UHGV virus genome: UHGV-1801311
Strand: one strand, 5' to 3'
From: a virus
Length of the DNA: 13,814 nucleotides
Shown: positions 6,556 to 13,814 of the stretch, piece by piece
How positions within the stretch are numbered: position 1 is the first letter of the stretch
How the letters are laid out: the number at the start of each line of letters is the position of its first letter
Notes under the pieces: generated by a model
Told to the model about the DNA's origin: nothing
Databases searched by the model: none
What the model saw: only the letters and a program-made list of their open reading frames with translations
Translations under genes and position numbers: made by a program

Positions 6556-9109
6556 ACCGGTAGGCGATCTGGTCGTTGATTTAAGTCTGGATGCGGCCAG
6601 ATTTGACGAGCAGATGGCCAGAGTCAGGCGTCATTTTTCCGGTACGGAAACTGATGCGAAAAAAACAGCGGCAGTCGTTGAACAGTCGCTGAGCCGACAG
6701 GCGCTGGCTGCACAGAAAGCGGGGATTTCCGTCGGGCAGTATAAAGCCGCCATGCGTATGCTGCCTGCACAGTTCACCGACGTGGCCACGCAGCTTGCAG
6801 GCGGGCAAAGTCCGTGGCTGATCCTGCTGCAACAGGGTGGTCAGGTTAAGGACTCCTTCGGCGGGATGATCCCCATGTTCAGGGGGCTTGCCGGTGCGAT
6901 CACCCTGCCGATGGTGGGGGCCACCTCGCTGGCGGTGGCGACCGGTGCGCTGGCGTATGCCTGGTATCAGGGCAACTCAACCCTGTCCGATTTCAACAAA
7001 ACGCTGGTCCTTTCCGGCAATCAGGCGGGACTGACGGCAGATCGTATGCTGGTCCTGTCCAGAGCCGGGCAGGCGGCAGGGCTGACGTTTAACCAGACCA
7101 GCGAGTCACTGACGGCGCTGGTGAATGCCGGTGTGCGTGGTGGTGAGCAGTTTGAGGCGATCAGCCAGAGTGTGGCGCGTTTCTCCTCTGCATCCGGCGT
7201 GGAGGTGGACAAGGTCGCTGAAGCCTTCGGGAAGCTGACCACAGACCCGACGTCGGGGCTGACGGCGATGGCACGCCAGTTCCATAACGTGACGGCGGAG
7301 CAGATTGCGTATGTTGCTCAGTTGCAGCGTTCCGGCGATGAAGCCGGGGCATTGCAGGCGGCGAACGAGGCCGCAACGAAAGGGTTTGATGACCAGACCC
7401 GCCGCCTGAAAGAGAACATGGGCACGCTGGAGACCTGGGCAGACAGGACAGCGCGGGCATTCAAATCCATGTGGGATGCGGTGCTGGATATTGGTCGTCC
7501 TGATACCGCGCAGGAGATGCTGATTAAGGCAGAGGCTGCGTTTAAGAAAGCAGACGACATCTGGAATCTGCGCAAGGATGATTATTTTGTTAACGATGAA
7601 GCGCGGGCGCGTTACTGGGATGATCGTGAAAAGGCCCGTCTTGCGCTTGAAGCCGCCCGAAAGAAGGCTGAGCAGCAGACTCAACAGGACAAAAATGCGC
7701 AGCAGCAGAGCGATACCGAAGCGTCACGGCTGAAATATACCGAAGAGGCGCAGAAGGCTTACGAACGGCTGCAGACGCCGCTGGAGAAATATACCGCCCG
7801 TCAGGAAGAACTGAACAAGGCACTGAAAGACGGGAAAATCCTGCAGGCAGATTACAACACGCTGATGGCGGCGGCGAAAAAGGATTATGAAGCGACGCTG
7901 AAAAAGCCGAAACAGTCCGGCGTGAAGGTGTCTGCGGGCGATCGTCAGGAAGACAGTGCTCATGCTGCCCTGCTGACGCTTCAGGCAGAACTCCGGACGC
8001 TGGAGAAGCATGCCGGAGCAAATGAGAAAATCAGCCAGCAGCGCCGGGATTTGTGGAAGGCGGAGAGTCAGTTCGCGGTACTGGAGGAGGCGGCGCAACG
8101 TCGCCAGCTGTCTGCACAGGAGAAATCCCTGCTGGCGCATAAAGATGAGACGCTGGAGTACAAACGCCAGCTGGCTGCACTTGGCGACAAGGTTACGTAT
8201 CAGGAGCGCCTGAACGCGCTGGCGCAGCAGGCGGATAAATTCGCACAGCAGCAACGGGCAAAACGGGCCGCCATTGATGCGAAAAGCCGGGGGCTGACTG
8301 ACCGGCAGGCAGAACGGGAAGCCACGGAACAGCGCCTGAAGGAACAGTATGGCGATAATCCGCTGGCGCTGAATAACGTCATGTCAGAGCAGAAAAAGAC
8401 CTGGGCGGCTGAAGACCAGCTTCGCGGGAACTGGATGGCAGGCCTGAAGTCCGGCTGGAGTGAGTGGGAAGAGAGCGCCACGGACAGTATGTCGCAGGTT
8501 AAAAGTGCTGCCACGCAGACCTTTGATGGTATTGCGCAGAATATGGCGGCGATGCTGACCGGCAGTGAGCAGAACTGGCGCAGCTTCACCCGTTCCGTGC
8601 TGTCCATGATGACAGAAATTCTGCTTAAGCAGGCAATGGTGGGGATTGTCGGGAGTATCGGCAGCGCCATTGGCGGGGCTGTTGGTGGCGGCGCATCCGC
8701 GTCAGGCGGTACAGCCATTCAGGCCGCTGCGGCGAAATTCCATTTTGCAACCGGAGGATTTACGGGAACCGGCGGCAAATATGAGCCAGCGGGGATTGTT
8801 CACCGTGGTGAGTTTGTCTTCACGAAGGAGGCAACCAGCCGGATTGGCGTGGGGAATCTTTACCGGCTGATGCGCGGCTATGCCACCGGCGGTTATGTCG
8901 GTACACCGGGCAGCATGGCAGACAGCCGGTCGCAGGCGTCCGGGACGTTTGAGCAGAATAACCATGTGGTGATTAACAACGACGGCACGAACGGGCAGAT
9001 AGGTCCGGCTGCTCTGAAGGCGGTGTATGACATGGCCCGCAAGGGTGCCCGTGATGAAATTCAGACACAGATGCGTGATGGTGGCCTGTTCTCCGGAGGT
9101 GGACGATGA
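6548..9109 (+). CDS. H: Tail tape-measure protein gpH, 853 aa
   Basis: MAEPVGDLVVDLSLDAARFDEQMARVRRHF... is recognised as lambda gpH. Has a long Ala/Gln/Lys/Glu-rich helical middle and a Gly-rich C-terminal segment (GIVGSIGSAIGGAVGGGASASGG...). Length matches lambda H. Confidence 0.92.
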   Translation: MAEPVGDLVVDLSLDAARFDEQMARVRRHFSGTETDAKKTAAVVEQSLSRQALAAQKAGISVGQYKAAMRMLPAQFTDVATQLAGGQSPWLILLQQGGQVKDSFGGMIPMFRGLAGAITLPMVGATSLAVATGALAYAWYQGNSTLSDFNKTLVLSGNQAGLTADRMLVLSRAGQAAGLTFNQTSESLTALVNAGVRGGEQFEAISQSVARFSSASGVEVDKVAEAFGKLTTDPTSGLTAMARQFHNVTAEQIAYVAQLQRSGDEAGALQAANEAATKGFDDQTRRLKENMGTLETWADRTARAFKSMWDAVLDIGRPDTAQEMLIKAEAAFKKADDIWNLRKDDYFVNDEARARYWDDREKARLALEAARKKAEQQTQQDKNAQQQSDTEASRLKYTEEAQKAYERLQTPLEKYTARQEELNKALKDGKILQADYNTLMAAAKKDYEATLKKPKQSGVKVSAGDRQEDSAHAALLTLQAELRTLEKHAGANEKISQQRRDLWKAESQFAVLEEAAQRRQLSAQEKSLLAHKDETLEYKRQLAALGDKVTYQERLNALAQQADKFAQQQRAKRAAIDAKSRGLTDRQAEREATEQRLKEQYGDNPLALNNVMSEQKKTWAAEDQLRGNWMAGLKSGWSEWEESATDSMSQVKSAATQTFDGIAQNMAAMLTGSEQNWRSFTRSVLSMMTEILLKQAMVGIVGSIGSAIGGAVGGGASASGGTAIQAAAAKFHFATGGFTGTGGKYEPAGIVHRGEFVFTKEATSRIGVGNLYRLMRGYATGGYVGTPGSMADSRSQASGTFEQNNHVVINNDGTNGQIGPAALKAVYDMARKGARDEIQTQMRDGGLFSGGGR

Positions 9110-9435
9110 AGACCTTCCGCTGGAAAGTGAAACCCGGTATGGATGTGGCTTCGGTCCCTTCTGTAAGAAAGGTGCGCTTTGGTGATGGCTATTCTCAGCG
9201 AGCGCCTGCCGGGCTGAATGCCAACCTGAAAACGTACAGCGTGACGCTTTCTGTCCCCCGTGAGGAGGCCACGGCGCTGGAGTCGTTTCTGGCTGAGCAC
9301 GGGGGCTGGAAAGCCTTTCTGTGGACGCCGCCTTATGAGTGGCGGCAGATAAAGGTGACCTGCGCAAAATGGTCGTCGCGGGTCAGTATGCTGCGTGTTG
9401 AGTTCAGCGCAGAGTTTGAACAGGTGGTGAACTGA
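9106..9435 (+). CDS. M: Minor tail protein gpM (tail tip), 109 aa
   Basis: MKTFRWKVKPGMDVASVPSVRKVRFGDGYSQRAPAGLNANLKTYS... is recognised as lambda gpM. ATGA overlap with the H stop. Confidence 0.9.
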   Translation: MKTFRWKVKPGMDVASVPSVRKVRFGDGYSQRAPAGLNANLKTYSVTLSVPREEATALESFLAEHGGWKAFLWTPPYEWRQIKVTCAKWSSRVSMLRVEFSAEFEQVVN

Positions 9436-10133
9436 TGCAGGATATCCGGCAGGAAACACTGAATGAATGCACCCGTGCGGAGCAGTCGGCCAGCGTGGTG
9501 CTCTGGGAAATCGACCTGACAGAGGTCGGTGGAGAACGTTATTTTTTCTGTAATGAGCAGAACGAAAAAGGTGAGCCGGTCACCTGGCAGGGGCGACAGT
9601 ATCAGCCGTATCCCATTCAGGGGAGTGGTTTTGAACTGAATGGCAAAGGCACCAGTACGCGCCCCACGCTGACGGTTTCTAACCTGTACGGTATGGTCAC
9701 CGGGATGGCGGAAGATCTGCAGAGTCTGGTCGGTGGAACGGTGGTCCGGCGTAAGGTTTACGCCCGTTTTCTGGATGCGGTGAACTTCGTCAACGGAAAC
9801 AGAGACGCCGATTCGGAGCAGGAGGTGATCAGCCGCTGGCGCATTGAGCAGTGCAGCGAACTGAGCGCGGTGAGTGCCTCCTTTGTACTGTCCACGCCGA
9901 CGGAAACGGATGGCGCTGTTTTTCCGGGACGTATCATGCTGGCCAACACCTGCACCTGGACCTATCGCGGCGATGAGTGCGGTTATAGCGGTCCGGCGGT
10001 CGCGGATGAATATGACCAGCCGACGTCCGATATCACGAAGGATAAATGCAGCAAATGCCTGAGCGGTTGTAAGTTCCGCAATAACGTCGGCAACTTTGGC
10101 GGCTTCCTTTCCATTAACAAACTTTCGCAGTAA
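9435..10133 (+). CDS. L: Minor tail protein gpL (tail tip, Cys-rich C-terminus), 232 aa
   Basis: MQDIRQETLNECTRAEQSASVVLWEIDLTEVGGERYFFCNEQ... is recognised as lambda gpL. Stop TGA of M overlaps ATG 9435. C-terminal Cys cluster (CTWTYRGDECGY...CSKCLSGC). Confidence 0.9.
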   Translation: MQDIRQETLNECTRAEQSASVVLWEIDLTEVGGERYFFCNEQNEKGEPVTWQGRQYQPYPIQGSGFELNGKGTSTRPTLTVSNLYGMVTGMAEDLQSLVGGTVVRRKVYARFLDAVNFVNGNRDADSEQEVISRWRIEQCSELSAVSASFVLSTPTETDGAVFPGRIMLANTCTWTYRGDECGYSGPAVADEYDQPTSDITKDKCSKCLSGCKFRNNVGNFGGFLSINKLSQ

Positions 10134-10137
10134 TCCC

Positions 10138-10881
10138 ATGACAGAGACAGAATCAGCGATTCTGGCGCACGCCCGGCGATGTGCGCCAGCGGAGTCGTGC
10201 GGCTTCGTGGTGAGAACACCGGAGGGGGAAAGATATTTTCCCTGCGTGAATATCTCCGGTGAGCCGGAGGCGTATTTCCGGATGTCGCCGGAGGACTGGC
10301 TGCGGGCAGAGATGCAGGGTGAGATTGTGGCGCTGGTCCACAGCCACCCCGGTGGTCTGCCCTGGCTGAGTGAGGCTGACCGGCGGCTGCAGGTGCAGAG
10401 TGATTTGCCGTGGTGGCTGGTCTGCCGGGGGACGATTCATAAGTTCCGCTGTGTGCCGCATCTCACCGGGCGGCGCTTTGAGCACGGGGTGACGGACTGT
10501 TACACGCTGTTCCGGGATGCTTATCATCTGGCGGGGATTGAGATGCCGGATTTTCATCGCGGGGATGACTGGTGGCGTCACGGCCAGAATCTCTATCTGG
10601 ATAATCTGGAGGCCACAGGGCTGTATCAGGTGCCGTTGTCATCAGCACAACCGGGCGATGTGCTGCTGTGCTGTTTTGGTTCATCGGTGCCGAATCATGC
10701 CGCCATTTACTGTGGTGACGGTGAGCTGCTGCACCATATTCCTGAACAACTGAGCAAACGAGAGAGGTATACCGACAAATGGCAGCGACGCACACACTCC
10801 CTCTGGCGTCACCGGGCATGGCGCGCATCTGCCTTTACGGGGATTTACAACGATTTGGTCGCCGCATCGACCTTCGTGTGA
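10138..10881 (+). CDS. K: Tail tip assembly protein gpK, JAB/MPN metalloprotease-like plus NlpC/P60 domain. Extended N-terminus; the classical lambda start corresponds to ATG 10282.
   Basis: The region matching the 199-aa lambda K annotation begins MSPEDWLRAEMQGEIVALVHSHPGG at 10282. The same frame is open upstream to ATG 10138 (MTETESAILAHARRCAPAESCGFVVRTPEGERYFPC...), which supplies the Glu-containing N-terminal half of a JAB/MPN domain ahead of the HSHPGG...SEAD metal-binding motif. The 3' end overlaps I by 103 nt. Confidence 0.8.
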   Translation: MTETESAILAHARRCAPAESCGFVVRTPEGERYFPCVNISGEPEAYFRMSPEDWLRAEMQGEIVALVHSHPGGLPWLSEADRRLQVQSDLPWWLVCRGTIHKFRCVPHLTGRRFEHGVTDCYTLFRDAYHLAGIEMPDFHRGDDWWRHGQNLYLDNLEATGLYQVPLSSAQPGDVLLCCFGSSVPNHAAIYCGDGELLHHIPEQLSKRERYTDKWQRRTHSLWRHRAWRASAFTGIYNDLVAASTFV

Positions 10882-11450
10882 AAACGGGGGCTGAAGCCAT
10901 CCGGGCACTGGCCACACAGCTCCCGGCGTTTCGTCAGAAACTGAGCGACGGCTGGTATCAGGTACGGATTGCCGGGCGGGACGTCAGCACGTCCGGGTTA
11001 ACGGCGCAGTTACATGAGACTCTGCCTGATGGCGCTGTGATTCATATTGTTCCCAGAGTCGCCGGGGCCAAGTCAGGTGGCGTATTCCAGATTGTCCTGG
11101 GGGCTGCCGCCATTGCCGGATCATTCTTTACCGCCGGAGCCACCCTTGCAGCATGGGGGGCAGCCATTGGGGCCGGTGGTATGACCGGCATCCTGTTTTC
11201 TCTCGGTGCCAGTATGGTGCTCGGTGGTGTGGCGCAGATGCTGGCACCGAAAGCCAGAACTCCCCGTACACAGACAACGGATAACGGCAAACAGAACACC
11301 TATTTCTCCTCACTGGATAACATGGTTGCCCAGGGCAATGTTCTGCCGGTTCTGTACGGTGAAATGCGCGTGGGGTCACGCGTGGTTTCTCAGGAGATCA
11401 GCACGGCAGACGAAGGGGATGGTGGTCAGGTTGTGGTGATTGGTCGCTGA
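10779..11450 (+). CDS. I: Tail tip assembly protein gpI (ubiquitin-like N-terminal domain, Gly/Ala-rich hydrophobic C-terminal half), 223 aa
   Basis: MAATHTLPLASPGMARICLYGDLQRFGRRIDLRVKTGAEAIRAL... is recognised as lambda gpI. Overlaps K in a different frame exactly as in lambda. Confidence 0.9.
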   Translation: MAATHTLPLASPGMARICLYGDLQRFGRRIDLRVKTGAEAIRALATQLPAFRQKLSDGWYQVRIAGRDVSTSGLTAQLHETLPDGAVIHIVPRVAGAKSGGVFQIVLGAAAIAGSFFTAGATLAAWGAAIGAGGMTGILFSLGASMVLGGVAQMLAPKARTPRTQTTDNGKQNTYFSSLDNMVAQGNVLPVLYGEMRVGSRVVSQEISTADEGDGGQVVVIGR

Positions 11451-11468
11451 TGCAAAATGTTTTATGTG

Positions 11469-11497
11469 AAACCGCCTGCGGGCGGTTTTGTCGTTTA
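11469..11497 (+). terminator. Terminator-like hairpin (AAACCGCC-loop-GGCGGTTT) followed by a T-rich tract, between I and J
   Basis: Direct read: 8-bp stem at 11469-11476 / 11482-11489 with a 5-nt loop, then TTTTGTCGTTT. Lies in the 60-nt I-J intergenic gap upstream of the J RBS (GGAG at 11499-11502). Confidence 0.45.
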
Positions 11498-11510
11498 TGG
11501 AGCGTGAGGA

Positions 11511-12931
11511 ATGGGTAAAGGCAGCAGTAAGGGGCATACCCCGCGCGAAGCGAAGGACAACCTGAAGTCCACGCAGTTGCTGAGTGTGATCGATGCCATC
11601 AGCGAAGGGCCGGTTGAAGGTCCGGTGGATGGATTAAAAAGCGTGCTGCTGAACAGTACGCCGGTGCTGGACAGTGAGGGGAATACCAATATATCCGGCG
11701 TCACGGTGGTGTTCCGGGCCGGTGAGCAGGAGCAGACACCGCCGGAGGGATTTGAATCCTCCGGCTCCGAGACGGTGCTGGGTACGGAAGTGAAATACGA
11801 CACGCCGATCACCCGGACCATCACGTCGGCAAACATTGACCGACTGCGTTTTACCTTCGGCGTGCAGGCACTGGTGGAAACCACCTCAAAGGGGGACAGG
11901 AATCCGTCGGAAGTCCGCCTGCTGGTTCAGATCCAGCGTAATGGTGGCTGGGTGACGGAAAAAGACATCACCATTAAGGGCAAAACCACCTCGCAGTATC
12001 TGGCCTCGGTGGTGGTGGATAACCTGCCGCCGCGCCCGTTCAATATCCGGATGCGCAGGATGACGCCGGACAGCACCACAGACCAGCTGCAGAACAAAAC
12101 GCTCTGGTCGTCATACACCGAAATCATCGATGTGAAACAGTGCTACCCGAACACGGCACTGGTCGGCGTGCAGGTGGATTCGGAGCAGTTCGGCAGCCAG
12201 CAGGTGAGCCGTAATTATCATCTGCGCGGGCGCATTCTGCAGGTGCCGTCGAACTATAACCCGCAGACGCGGCAATACAGCGGTATCTGGGACGGAACGT
12301 TTAAACCGGCATACAGCAACAACATGGCCTGGTGTCTGTGGGATATGCTGACCCATCCGCGCTACGGCATGGGGAAACGTCTTGGTGCGGCGGATGTGGA
12401 TAAATGGGCGCTGTATGTCATCGGCCAGTACTGCGACCAGTCAGTGCCGGACGGCTTTGGCGGCACGGAGCCGCGCATCACCTGTAATGCGTACCTGACC
12501 ACACAGCGCAAGGCGTGGGATGTGCTCAGTGATTTCTGCTCGGCGATGCGCTGTATGCCGGTATGGAACGGGCAGACGCTGACGTTCGTGCAGGACCGAC
12601 CATCAGATAAGGTGTGGACCTATAACCGCAGTAATGTGGTGATGCCGGATGATGGCGCGCCGTTCCGCTACAGCTTCAGCGCCCTGAAGGACCGCCATAA
12701 TGCCGTTGAGGTGAACTGGATTGACCCGAATAACGGCTGGGAGACGGCGACAGAGCTTGTGGAGGACACGCAGGCCATTGCCCGTTACGGTCGTAACGTC
12801 ACGAAGATGGATGCCTTTGGCTGTACCAGCCGGGGGCAGGCACACCGCGCCGGGCTGTGGCTGATTAAAACGGAACTGCTGGAAACGCAGACCGTGGACT
12901 TCAGCGTGGGCGCAGAAGGGCTTCGCCATGT
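11511..12931 (+). CDS. J: Tail tip / central tail fibre protein gpJ, N-terminal ~473 codons only (3' truncated at a chimeric junction)
   Basis: MGKGSSKGHTPREAKDNLKSTQLLSVIDAISEGPVEGPVDGLKSVLLNSTPVLD... is recognised as the lambda gpJ N-terminus and stays J-like through ...TVDFSVGAEGLRH. After about 12931 the frame reads Gly/Arg/Ala/His-rich low-complexity sequence and the DNA is non-phage. Full-length J is 1132 aa. Confidence 0.85.
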
Positions 12932-13050
12932 GCACGCATGCGCTGGTGCTGGCGAAGGGCAAAGTGGTGGCGTTCGACGAGAAGGACGCGTTCGATTTCG
13001 ACGAGTTCTCGACGCTGTATCGCTCGACGGTTGGCATGGGGGTGGCGTAG
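12929..13050 (+). CDS. C-terminal fragment (about 40 codons) of an ABC-transporter ATP-binding protein, plausibly CcmA-like; 5' truncated at the junction
   Basis: Frame +2 reads ...CTHALVLAKGKVVAFDEKDAFDFDEFSTLYRSTVGMGVA* with stop TAG at 13048-13050 immediately before the CcmB-like ATG. This is a typical ABC-ATPase C-terminal tail. Assignment is by position and motif only. Confidence 0.4.
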
Positions 13051-13767
13051 ATGGCGGTCGAGCTAAAGAAGCCCTCGACCTTCCAGCAGTACAAGACGCT
13101 GCTGCGCAAGGACTTGGAGCAGGAGTTCCGCACGAAGGAGATGCTCACGTCCATGGGCATCTACGCGCTTTTGGTGATCATCGTGTACGGGGCGGCGCTG
13201 GCGCAGACCTCGCAGACCACCGACGTGCTGCAGATGAGCGGCGGCCTTCTGTGGGCGCTCATCGTGTTCACGTCGCTTTTGGGCCTGAACCGCTCGTTCG
13301 CGCACGAGAAGGAGCAGGGCTGCATGGAGGGCATCCTGCTGGTGCCGATGGACCGTTCGGTGGTGTTCCTGGCGAAATCGACGTCGAACCTGCTGTTCTT
13401 GCTGGTGGTGGAAGTGATCGCCGTGCCGCTGTTCTACTTCTTCTTCCTGACCACCACCACGCCGTCCGAGAGCTTCTGGCTGCTCGTGGTGCCGCTGCTC
13501 GTGGGCACCGTCGGCGTGGCGGGCATCGGCACGCTGCTGTCCACCATCACCATCAACACGCGCGGCAAGGACGTGATGTTGGCCGTGCTGTTCATCCCGC
13601 TGATCTTTCCGCTGCTGTACGCATGCGTGTCCGCGACGACGGCGGTCATCGTGGGCGCGGAAGGATATGCGGACATCATGCTGACGTCGTTGGCGCTTGC
13701 GGGCGGCTACGACGTGATCATGATCCTCGCATCGTGGGTTCTGTACGATTTCGTGATTAGCGCTTGA
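13051..13767 (+). CDS. ccmB: CcmB-like heme exporter permease (cytochrome c maturation ABC transporter membrane subunit), 238 aa
   Basis: About six hydrophobic segments and an FAHEKEQGCMEGILLVP motif resembling the conserved FxxExExG...E.L region of CcmB. Higher GC with G/C-rich third codon positions, unlike the phage region. ATG follows the upstream stop directly (operon-like). Product call is by motif recognition, not alignment. Confidence 0.6.
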   Translation: MAVELKKPSTFQQYKTLLRKDLEQEFRTKEMLTSMGIYALLVIIVYGAALAQTSQTTDVLQMSGGLLWALIVFTSLLGLNRSFAHEKEQGCMEGILLVPMDRSVVFLAKSTSNLLFLLVVEVIAVPLFYFFFLTTTTPSESFWLLVVPLLVGTVGVAGIGTLLSTITINTRGKDVMLAVLFIPLIFPLLYACVSATTAVIVGAEGYADIMLTSLALAGGYDVIMILASWVLYDFVISA

Positions 13768-13768
13768 T

Positions 13769-13796
13769 GTTCCGTCGGCCTGCCGGCCGACGGAAC
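13769..13796. repeat. Perfect 12-bp inverted repeat (GTTCCGTCGGCC-TGCC-GGCCGACGGAAC) immediately after the ccmB-like stop
   Basis: Direct read: the arms at 13769-13780 and 13785-13796 are exact reverse complements. No downstream T-tract is visible within the window (only 18 nt remain). Confidence 0.7.
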
Positions 13797-13814
13797 TGCT
13801 CGATGCTGCGAGGC

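Noticed and set aside
8640-8940. Gly-rich low-complexity stretch in H (GIVGSIGSAIGGAVGGGASASGG...TGGFTGTGG) as a possible repeat element or separate domain insertion
   Set aside because: It is in frame within the tape-measure protein and is a known feature of the gpH C-terminal region. There is no nucleotide-level tandem repeat structure.
10096-10137. ATG at 10096 as the K start (MAASFPLTNFRSNPMTETES...)
   Set aside because: It lies inside the 3' end of L in another frame with no RBS. ATG 10138 immediately after the L stop is the more plausible extended start, and 10282 is the classical start.
129-13679. Reverse-strand ORFs (for example 613..1104, 2267..2818, 7106..7684, 7724..8254, 8200..8718, 8702..9367, 9333..10139, 12603..13160) and small overlapping + strand ORFs (1085..1354, 2877..3071, 4577..4822, 5124..5354, 8010..8213, 10517..10753, 11206..11439)
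   Set aside because: All lie entirely inside well-supported + strand genes, lack RBSs, and translate to Arg/Cys/His/Pro-rich low-complexity products typical of antisense or out-of-frame reading of GC-rich coding DNA.
11511-13760. Six-frame ORF of 749 aa that looks like an unusually short, complete J-like tail fibre protein
   Set aside because: Only the first ~473 codons are J. The remainder is read-through across the chimeric junction into high-GC DNA, giving Gly/Arg/Ala/His-rich nonsense, while the real coding frame there is the ABC-ATPase tail and CcmB-like gene in frame +2.
12932-13814. Possibility that the ccmA/ccmB-like segment is a phage-carried cargo (moron) gene or a novel tail-fibre-associated module
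   Set aside because: Both J and the ABC ATPase are truncated exactly at the join, there is no promoter or intergenic spacer, and the composition changes abruptly. Combined with the adapter at the other contig end, an assembly or library chimera is far more likely.
1-13814. CRISPR arrays, tRNA/rRNA genes, insertion sequences, integrase or attachment sites, toxin-antitoxin or defence systems
   Set aside because: None seen. There are no direct-repeat/spacer arrays, no cloverleaf-like candidates, and no transposase or integrase-like ORFs. The only Tn5-related sequence is the single mosaic end at the contig start, which is an adapter, not a transposon.

Overview
This window is not a novel system. 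It is the classical late (head-tail morphogenesis) operon of bacteriophage lambda or a near-identical lambdoid phage, flanked by two artefact signatures. All phage genes lie on the + strand in canonical order and with canonical sizes: B (3' end), C with nested Nu3, D, E, FI, FII, Z, U, V, G with the G-T -1 frameshift, H, M, L, K, I and the 5' part of J. Two features argue against this being an intact biological locus. (1) Positions 1-28 are an Illumina Nextera / Tn5 mosaic-end adapter butted directly onto the middle of gene B. (2) At about 12,930 the J reading frame stops making sense and the sequence switches abruptly to higher-GC bacterial DNA. That DNA carries the last ~40 codons of an ABC-ATPase-like gene and a complete CcmB-like heme-exporter permease, followed by a perfect 12-bp inverted repeat. 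Both J and the ATPase are truncated at the join, so I read this as a chimeric contig (phage lambda, possibly spike-in or control DNA, joined to unrelated genomic sequence) rather than a phage with cargo. The most biologically interesting points are already known from lambda: the G/GT programmed frameshift, the K (JAB/MPN + NlpC/P60) and I (ubiquitin-like) pair, and a likely longer K N-terminus than the classical annotation. Protein identifications rest on my recognition of lambda protein sequences and lengths; I could not run any alignment, so exact identity to reference lambda is unverified.
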